A DNA stretch of 64,000 bases from Balanoglossus misakiensis. Lineage: Eukaryota; Animalia; Hemichordata. Both the position numbers and the translations under genes were made by a program. The notes beneath the pieces were generated by a model. It had not been told where the DNA came from. It saw only the letters and a program-made list of their open reading frames with translations, and ran no database searches. Shown here in pieces: positions 41,664 through 50,905 of this stretch (positions are counted from its first letter, which is position 1; every line of letters begins with the position of its first letter). Where the stretch lies: NCBI GenBank assembly GCA_040954595.2, contig CM082587.2, positions 6,375,705 through 6,439,704 on the forward strand, given 5' to 3'.

Positions 41664-44600
41664 ATGATGTCGTTCGCGTTCGAAAAGAAGGGTGAGTACG
41701 GCAAACAATGACCGCTGGTTCCGGCATCAAGAAATGTCACCCCTATACGTGCCGTATGCAGCTTGTTCTGATAGGTTAAAGTTTTTAGATTTTCCTAACG
41801 GTAGCTGCGCATATCCGACGTGAACGTTCCTTCGATGTCAGTGTAGCTCAGCGGTTAGTGTACGTGTACGTATCTATTATGCAAGTGCATGACGGTTAGA
41901 AACATTGTAGGCCCTACGCCCAACCAGTCGCACCTCCCCCCATACACACACACCAAACCCAATGACATGCACCAATACTTCCACAATGCAGTGCGCACAG
42001 TTGATAACTTTGCGCAATGCATTGCGGGAATATGCATTACGAAATGCACATGTACATGTAGGCTTACGGCAATACGTTTTAGATCATGAATCTGCATGCA
42101 GTCTTTGAAACGGTTGCTGACGGAAGGAACAGACGACAAGAGCTGAACCTTTAAGTGGCATTTTGCACAATAACAATGCTAACTGTACACATATATGCTG
42201 TGTCGATAAGCTATATGCTAGGCATTCATTATGTTTCGGGAACTTGGACAAGAAACTGCAGTCTACACTCACAAAGAAACTACTGAAAACATAACGAAAA
42301 TTACAGCTAATGGAGCTTTAAACATGGAAAATTTGGATACTTAAAAGCCAACAGCCTACAGAAGTCTAGCATCCGTAATTTGATTGTTAAAATTTTATTT
42401 TAACTTTTGTCATTTCAGACTTCATTTTCACTGGTGGCGACTTGAAGGTCACTGATGAAATGAAGAAATATTTTCAAGACTATGGGTTCATTATCGTCAG
42501 GTAAAACATGCAGGCGACCCAAGCAAGCAACATTTCTTCCCAATATATAGTAAACTATATATGAAATGCAAGGAAGGTTTTCGTACTGATATCGTGACAT
42601 GTGTCGGCAAAACCTTATCAGTTGAGGTGACCTTATAAAAGTATGAAGGTAACACCCCTAATAAGGATGGCGCTTAAGATATGACGTTTGATTATTGATG
42701 TTTGCAAACAGAAATTAGAAAGGGAAAATCTAAGGCAGATGCTGATCAGATCACGGGAAGCTCCTCTTATTGCTTATAATCATTGATAAAACCTCCAAAA
42801 CCGAGCAATATCTTAGTAAACGTAAAATATCCCCCATGTTCCAATATCAAGCCAAGATAACACCTCTTGTAACACATTACATTTGACATGCAGATCAGTC
42901 ATCGACGACAAAGAAATGAAAAATGTTATGTCCGTCCTCGACGAAAATGGAATTCTCAAATATGAGTACGAGCAAGATGATGGCGCCGGTCTGAAATACA
43001 AAATGTGTTGCTGGAATCACCCGGGGGATGACGTCACAGGAATCTTGAGCAGATCTCAAAAAATAGCGGGAACAATGGAGCAGGTAGTTTATCACAAGAA
43101 AAAAAATTAGTCGAAAAAAAAACTGCGTCTCTATTCAAACAAATGTAGACAAGCCAATAGTCAAATATAAGTTCAAATTTATTTACTGGGGATCCCGTTT
43201 TTATGATTTTGGCCAACGTGTATTGGAACGTGGTCTAATGTCATAATGATCTCTATCTGTCTGTCGGTCATCGACATCTTATTTTGATAAGATTTTGATT
43301 TGCTATTCAGTTACGTCGATTTGACCCTTTTCTGATGTAATTATGTTAAGTTGCTAGGTGGTGAAGTGTACCACTATCACACCAAACTGATGATGAAAGA
43401 AGCCCACACAGGGGGACAATTTAACTGGCATCAAGATTATGGGTAAGAGTAAGCTTATTGTAAGCTTATTTAACAGCAAATCTGCTATTAGCACCTGTAC
43501 CATTAGAGAGAGAGAGGGATGTGAAGGGAGAGAGAGAGAGAGTGATTTCAAGTCCCCTCCATGTCTTGATGTGGCTGTCGATAACCCCACATAATTCACA
43601 TTTCTGTGCTGTTGCAGATACTGGTATAACAATGGCGTACTTTTTCCCGACATGGGGTCTGTTATGATCGCAATAGACAAGGCAGACACAAAGAACGGGT
43701 GTTTGCAGGTGCTGAACCTGTGCAGTATATGTCTAAAATTGGTCTAAAATTGGGGTATGTTTAAGGTGAAAATGGTCAAAAATGGGGTATGGGTTTATAC
43801 TGGCGGTGGTGTGGTACACCTTTACCATGTTTACCATAAATTAAAGCCGGTACCCCCAGGGGACACAAAAATGGCAGATAGACAGGTGAGCAGTCGACTT
43901 TGAGTTCTGTAAAGCCTTACATGTCAGAATTGCACTCTTATTCGGTCCAACGACGTTTATAAAGGGCGGAGATCGTCTCATGTGCCAAACCGAAAACTCT
44001 AGTTACAAAATTTGTATACAGTCAATGCCATAAGGCAGTGTGCTGTCCTAACAACAGACAAGATGGTGGCAACCGTGTCGCAGATCGGGAACAGACAAAA
44101 AATTGGGTGAAAAGAATGGACAAAACGTAAGTCTGCTTGTAAGGTGCGCACGAAATATGGAAGAAGTGGACGCAGTCCACTGAATGCGTCGAACGCAAAA
44201 TTTGTAGAACATTTGGATTGGACGTAAATGTTACATACACACGAAATTACGCACATGCGCATAAGACGATCGTCGGCCTTTAAGACAAGCATGTTTTTAC
44301 CTCACGTTTGGTCACACAGATATTACCGGGGTCGCAGAAACTGGGTCGAGTTGACCACATCCTAGTTGGTGGACAGATGGGCGCTGACATGGAACGGGTG
44401 AGCCAGGCCATGAAAGTTTTCCCGCTGGTACGCGTGGAATTGAATCCCGGCGACGCCCTCTATTTCCACAGCAACTTGCTTCACCGCAGTGATCAGAACC
44501 TCAGCGACAGGCGCCGATGGGCTTTGATTTGCGCCTACAACAGGGCTTCAAACAATCCTTTCCGAGAACACCATCATCCGTTTTATACACCTCTGAGGAA

Positions 44601-45321
44601 GGTCAGTTTTTCTTTTCTTAAATCCACAACAGCTGCCGCGTTTACCATATTTTAATCGATAAAATATTTAAATCTTCTTATCCTCAGTCGACAAATTACA
44701 CTTTTTGAATTGTTGGGGGGAAGCGTCCAATACCCATGTGTGCATATAGGTGTACTGTGTTCTCTTTGCAATGGGAGACTGAACAAAAGGTGTGCGACAC
44801 CCTATTATTATTTAACTCGTTCAAATTTATCAGAGGTTGGTAATATCTTTGTGTATACCATCACTAAGCTTATTTAAATGGACGGACCACTCTGTGAAAG
44901 TAAAAACATGAAAATAATGCAAAAATGTCAGCTATTGGGGCTTTAAAATCACAAAATGTCCCGTGTCGATATTCATTAAATTTGAAAAATGTAATAACAC
45001 TAGTCACGGTCGGCTGGCACGTATGTTCTCCGGCAAAAACAATGGCGATTTACAAGGATCGTCCCCATGAATATTTTTTCACACCGGACGCTAACCATAA
45101 TTGTAATGCTATCTGTAACTCTGACTGATAGACGCGCGTGAAAAATGCCTCAATAGTAGATATCCGGGAGGGCCGTCCTGATACGAAATGTTTTGATTTT
45201 TTTCCCCTCTCTTGTGTTGAAGGTACCAAACGCGGCAATCAGTGAGTGTACGGATTTCAACGTCTCTGCTGACAAAGATTTCAACACTCCCGCCAAAGAG
45301 CATGGCAGGTTGGATGAATGA
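41664..45321 (+). CDS. PhyH/phytanoyl-CoA dioxygenase-family Fe(II)/2-oxoglutarate dioxygenase (L-proline trans-4-hydroxylase-like), ~287 aa, 7 coding exons
   Basis: Exons joined by hand with GT-AG and consistent phases: 41664-41691 (MMSFAFEKK, tentative first exon), 42419-42500, 42894-43083, 43351-43442, 43618-43708, 44320-44601, 45223-45321 (VPNAAISEC...RLDE*). Motifs: [43 protein letters not shown] (HxD iron ligands), [34 protein letters not shown] (distal His), RRWALICAY (2OG-binding Arg). AATAAA at 45539-45544. Family call is strong; substrate and exon 1 are uncertain. Confidence 0.9.
44105..44267 (+). repeat. Interspersed repeat in a dioxygenase intron; same family as 22180-22322
   Basis: gggtgaaaagaatggacaaaac...gaaatatggaag...gaatgcgtcgaacgcaaaatttgtagaacatttggattggacg...cacatgcgcataag. 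Confidence 0.75.
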
Positions 45322-45796
45322 GGACTATAGGGCGGCGATCAGATCAGATCAGATCAGAGCTAAAACTTGCCTTCAAATTTCGGGTCTCGAAAAAAAAAGA
45401 GTACAAAAACCGACTGATTTCTGGGGACATGGTTTGGTAACTTCTAAGTACTGCTCACGAAGAATCTTGTCATCTGATATTACATATTAAATGAGAGCGA
45501 ACATAATTTGCAGAGCTTGCTGTGTTTATGGCGTCTCTAATAAAACCGCTATATGTTTCTATTTTAGGATCAAGCTGGGGGGGGGGGGGGGGGGGGCGAT
45601 CACACGGATGACTTCAACAGGCTTTGCGTTAAATGTTTTATTTCGTCAAGAAAAGAGGTATTAAGAAGTGTATAGGACGTCGCATGTCAGTGATTGGCTC
45701 AGACACGCATTGGGAAGTTAGAAGTGTGATAAGTCGTATGTAATTTGGATATGCAAGAAAGATATTCTAGAGTTCCCGTGGGATTGTGGCCCTGTT

Positions 45797-48118
45797 CTAC
45801 TGGGCGTTATTTCGTTTATAATCATAAAAGTAGCCGTAACCGAAGTACGGGTCGATCATGTCGTTGACCCCGTAATCGTTGAAGATCTCTTCTAAGATGT
45901 TGTTGGGTAGCACATCGAAATAGCTGGGTAAGAAGAAATCGAAGAAGAGCTCGCCAAACATTTCGAACAGCTCGCAGTCGGTTTGGGGCTCGGGGTAGCT
46001 CGCCCAGGCTTCGGGGTCCAGGCTGTTGACCTTGTCGAAGGCCCGGGTCCAGTCGACGGTGCCGTCGGCGTCTTGTGGCAGCTCGTGGTAGCACTCGGTC
46101 TCCTCGAGATCGTCCCAGAAGACGGACCAGACGTAGTAGTAGAAGCTGTACTCGGCCATAAAGAACTCGGAGCACTTGTTCTCCGTCCACCACTCGAGGA
46201 AGGCGAGCGCCGCAGGTTCGAATTGGTCTTCGTGGGCTGTGGTCCAGTCAATCGACTCGAAGTCGATGTTCGCATATATGTCCTCGAAGGCTTCCATGCC
46301 CACGGCGCACGGCGCCATTTCGAATCTGTCGATGACATCCAAGATAAATTCGCCAACCATGAACACCTCCTCGTAGGACTTCTTCTCGCTGCCCTTCTTG
46401 GCTTTCGTCGACAACTTCAGACCGCGCTTCTTGCCGTTATTCAACAGCCCCGAGAGGATGTCGGTGCCCGCTGTGAGAGACTCGGCGAGGTCAGCGCCCT
46501 CAATCTTGTTCTTGGCGGCCACTTCGATGTTGGATTTCTTCTTCAACTTTTCTTCGAACGCCTTGCGTTTGAGAGTAAGGATGTCTTTGCGTTTCTTCAT
46601 CGTCTCGCTTTCCATGTTTTCCTTGTGCTTCTTCTCTGTCATTTTGGCGCGAAGAGAAGAGATCAGCTGGAATATTGAGAAGACAGCACACACATGTAAG
46701 CCAAGAAGTTCAATTTTACGTGTGACGAATTCGTCAAATGACAATGTTATTGAACGGTGTACACTTGAAAATCGAATTTGCTGTGGGAATGGTGCCAACT
46801 ACTGTGTGATCGACAAGACAGCCTAATATTTGTACTAGCATATGACAGGAAAATGGTCAACACACGTCCTTGGAGTGTAGACATCGCTGCAGAACACTTC
46901 TCAGAGCCGCAATGGTCTTTGGGTATCCGCCCAATCTGATTAAAATCAGATGTAGGGAACGGCGACGTGTGTTTTTTTATGTGTGAGGCGACAGCATAAA
47001 AACTACGTCGCCGTTCCCTACATCTGATTTTAATCAGATTGGGTATCCGCCTGCAAGGTTTGATGTACGATTATCAATCTCTCTGAAGGCAAATGTTCAT
47101 GTTCTTAAAACTAAATTTAACCCGTCTCTTATGATCCCAAGAAATTCATGCGGCAGCTAGAATACGACTAAGCGGCCTTCAGTTCATTACCAGATCACGA
47201 CTAGTGCAATAGCATGTAATCTTGTGACAAAAGCACTGCAGGGGGTAAGAGAAAGTACAGTATGGATGGAAAGCCACTTTTAAACGACAGGAGTATTAAT
47301 TTGAACAACATATCACTACCATCGAAATTGTGCAAACTTATCAAGAAACATTCGGAAAGGGTATGTTGACGTTAAAACCTATCTGCGATCTATTTTGTCA
47401 TTACCTATGCAGATCGTTATGTCACTGCCACCAGCCTTACTATACCATAGACCCCCCCCCCCCCCTCTACTGTCTTTGACTATAACAATTGGTAAACACG
47501 CCCCCGCGGGATGGCTATTCACTGGAATCAAGGTACGCTGGAAAACATGCGCATTTGCTCAACCACACCCATGTTAGCTCAAAGACCCCCCTCCCCAAAA
47601 TTGAAACCTCGCGTGGTGATTTTTTATCCTGCGTGTTAACCCCAGTAAAGGTCTTCTGTTGGTCCTATCCTGTCTTTGCGTTTACGGACCCGTATCAGAG
47701 TAGCACTGTCACAAGATTAAGAATACTGCTATTTGCACAAGTCCCAGGTGCCAACTCAAACCGGGTACCATGACGACGATTTCGACAAACTTCCACTTTT
47801 TGTATTGGGGTGACTTTACAGAGAACATAGACCCCTCTACTGCCTAGGCAAAGAACGGTGCGACGAATAATGAGTGTTTCAGTTTACCCGCACTGTTGAA
47901 AGCGTATCTCTTCATCATTTTCTTTCGAGATGTCATAATTCTAGAAATTAGGCTACAGGAAACTCTCTCTCTCTCCCTCTCTAAGAAAAGTCGGTAGATG
48001 AATTTTCTCTGCTTACCTTTCCCGCCATGGCATCTTTATCGACGGCCTTGGACTGAGTGACAGCCAAGACTGCACACAGCACTACCAGCAGGGAGCAGAC
48101 GAGAGTAAGTCGCGACAT
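45797..48118 (-). CDS. Uncharacterised secreted precursor protein, paralog A (323 aa; exons 48017-48118 and 45797-46666)
   Basis: Exon 1 MSRLTLVCSLLVVLCAVLAVTQSKAVDKDAMAGK (signal-peptide-like) ends at AAG|gtaagc. Phase-0 intron with acceptor ttccag|CTG at 46666. The 290-codon exon 2 has strong C/G third-position bias. TATAAA at 48174-48179 and AATAAA at 45637-45642 (both minus strand). Clear homology to the gene at 50906-54047. Confidence 0.9.
46931..47042. mobile_element. Young fold-back MITE (112 bp) in the intron of paralog A
   Basis: Perfect 38-bp TIR ccaatctgattaaaatcagatgtagggaacggcgacgt. Perfect flanking direct repeat gtatccgc (8 bp), or ggtatccgcc (10 bp) if the element is 1 bp shorter at each end. 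Confidence 0.88.
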
Positions 48119-48170
48119 CTTGATTTCAATCAGGATCAAGGCTTCTCGACCAAATCACGCCGAAACCCCC

Positions 48171-48180
48171 CTATTTATAC
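48171..48180 (-). promoter_or_regulatory. TATA box of secreted-protein paralog A
   Basis: GTATAAATAG on the minus strand ~55-60 bp upstream of the ATG at 48118. Paralog B has CTTAAATG about 75 bp upstream of its ATG (54120-54127). Confidence 0.65.
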
Positions 48181-50450
48181 TTTTTGCAGACAAAAGTTTC
48201 TGCGGGGGCGGTACACTTGTGGAGGGGTGCCCCCCAGGCACCAATTTAAAATGAGGTGGACTCGAAATGAAGTAAGTGTAATTTAAAGAGACTAAATTAT
48301 CACATTAGGATTTTACAAGCTCATTAGAACTTCAGTTTCCGAGAATCGTTGTCTCCCAAAAGTTATTTCGCCCTATCAATGTTGTCACCAAATATCCTTA
48401 CCTCAAAATAAGAATGCTTTGGTCCATTAAACGGATCTGCAGGTATTTTAAAACAACAAAGCCCACAAAGACAACAAGTCACAAGACAATGACGTAATCA
48501 AAGGGTTTACTTCGACCTAACTCCCTGGCGTACCGACAGTACAAATAGTCTCCATGGTAACCAACTGTTTGTGATCAGCACTCAAAAGGATCGACAGTGG
48601 TTTGGTCACAAGTTTACTTACAAGGTCACGTTGAACTCTGATGACGTCAGAGAAACGCGAAATTCCACAGGACTTAATTTGCACCTTACAAGATTCCTGG
48701 AGTAGTTTTAGTCCAGATCAATTTTGCATATGTGTGCATGAGAATGGGTGATCACAGGCCATAGCTCATTCCAACTGGAATTACTGCAATAATACCAAGA
48801 ATAATCCTTATCCTATCGTAAATATTAAAGAAATAATTCAAGAACAAAAAAGAGTTCACATCTGAAAACTATACTACTACTTAAGAGTATTGATTTTCTG
48901 TCGTTCGCGATAATTGTAACTGACAAGAGGATACACCCGACTCGTGTTCTCGGGTGCGAGATTAAAGCAACTTCGACGTCTTTGGCTCAGAAAGAATGTA
49001 CTTCACATGAGCGATTTCCTACTGACAAATTTGAAGCCCAAAATACCCAATTCTGGTGTTGCAAACTCTTCTCCATGTTCCATGAGTGATGACGAAGATG
49101 TAGGGGAAAATTCCGAGATGGAATTACTCCTGGGCCCTGTTTATTGTTTCTTATTTATTGTGCGCCCACACTGAAGAATCGCCTCATTACACACGCGTTC
49201 AAAAGAAAAGACTATTACCCAACATCACAAGGCTACCAGAGCTTTCCATCAGTCCCAAACTCATTGAGATGGTGATTGAACATTGCAAACACCGCCGCAT
49301 TCTTTATGTGTGCCCTGTGCAAATTGGGGGCTGCATGCAAATTGGTAAACCGAGAGTCGAACTGAGAGAATGGAACAATGAAAGTGAAGAGACGAATAAA
49401 CGATAATCTGGCGCGATGTATGAAAACTGGCGATGAACAGTGATAGCGTCGAAAAACAGAGTAAAGCTGTTGACTACGAGGCCTTTAATACTTGCACAGG
49501 ATACGCTACCATATCGTGATATGGCCGCAATGGCGCACTTGTAATGACTGCCCGGAATAACTGATACTGTCTGCGATACGTCTTGCAGGATTTTAGGAGT
49601 AATTATCAGACCATCTGACCATTATGGGGCACAACAGATCATTAGCATGTGCATACAAGACGTTTCATGACACATGTTTGCCACTTTTGATATGTACAGT
49701 GGACGATCTGGGGTCCACAGTTGTGTTTTTCCATCACTATACGTGGGAAGTACTAGTAAACATTAGAGCGGAAGGGTTACGTAATTAGGGATAGCTGTAA
49801 AGGTGTAAAACTGTCAAGTTCCCCCCCCCCCCTCACACACACCTGCTTTGTTTGCGGTGACTACATGATTTAGCCACACACCCAAAAAGGTTGTGTCCAT
49901 ATACTGTTTACGACAGCACTATCATTGCGCGTACTGTATGGGATATACATGTACATATCATCTGTTATCGAAATTAGAGAATGATTTCAATTATAGAGTC
50001 TACGATTTCGGTATCCTTGCTTGGTATCCTTGATTACACGATTCGTCTAGTATTATAGGATACTATCAACGGTATTGCTGGACTGTCAGCAGTCGCTCAC
50101 GCCTTCTTTGTGGAAATTAGCGATGCAGGAGCTATCATAGGGACATCGAGTGGAGAAAAAAAAACTTCGCACAGTACGCGAAACAATGGCAAAAAGGAAA
50201 CGTCACAAGTCGCTGTCCCCATCACGTGACCCAGTGCGCTTTGGGAGTTCTCACGCACATGGTGGCGACAAAATTACAACATCGCAAAAATATATCTAGT
50301 ATGTTCTAGATGGAAACCCACCACAGAAGACAACTGCAAAAACGTTTGCGCTTAAAGTATTCAGCATTTATTTCTATAAAAAGGGAAGAAAATGCTAAGG
50401 AGTTGCAACTGTACATTTTCTACTGTCTTCACATAGTCTCGTCACATTAA

Positions 50451-50641
50451 AGGTATACAGTCACCTATGGAAATTTAGATACAGTTATCATGGCAAACTG
50501 AGATCCGGCCAATCACAGACTTTCATTTGGTGGCACAAGTGAAAAAAAGAGCGCCAGCATATGTTCTTTTAACTAGAACACTCAGATGCGCCATTTTTTC
50601 CCATTTATGGACATATGTAACTTTGAGGTGACTGTTTACCT
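50451..50641. mobile_element. Kolobok-like MITE (191 bp)
   Basis: TTAA|aggtatacagtcacct ... aggtgactgtttacct|TTCA (15/16 TIR match, degenerate right TSD). The internal segment resembles 15995-16060. Confidence 0.7.
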
Positions 50642-50905
50642 TTCATCTAGCATAAGTTGAATGATATCTGCGCCTGCGGCATTTTTATAATGATTCGATT
50701 CCTTCGGTTTCCCCTTTCTGATGATCAGGTTGTTTCATTCGATCGTGATTTGTGATTGCGCTTGTCACAAATCCTGATGTAAACACTCCCGTGCGTTTTG
50801 ACCGACATAGAGGGATGTTGGGGTGTGTTTTTTTGCAAATTATTTAGCAATGTGCTTGTAGGAAGAGCGTCTAGTAGTTTAAGTTATTGTTAACGTGACT
50901 CCTTA

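Noticed and set aside
41841-41910. tRNA-like start gtgtagctcagcggttag
   Set aside because: A-box only; no proper T-arm/B-box or cloverleaf. At most a decayed SINE head.
44602-44655. Dioxygenase ending by read-through (VSFSFLK...IF*)
   Set aside because: A good donor at 44602 and an in-phase terminal exon at 45223-45321 (VPNAAISEC) with a downstream AATAAA fit better.
46667-46798. ORF-track N-terminus MAPFPQQ... of the 333-aa ORF (and the GTG start of the 237-aa ORF at 51619)
   Set aside because: Intronic read-through or internal start. Paralog similarity begins at the splice acceptors, and real signal-peptide exons lie upstream.
45822-46826. Long overlapping and antisense ORFs (123-231 aa) over paralog A, and likewise 50890-51755 over paralog B
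   Set aside because: By-products of GC3 codon bias in the real frame; no independent splice or start signals.
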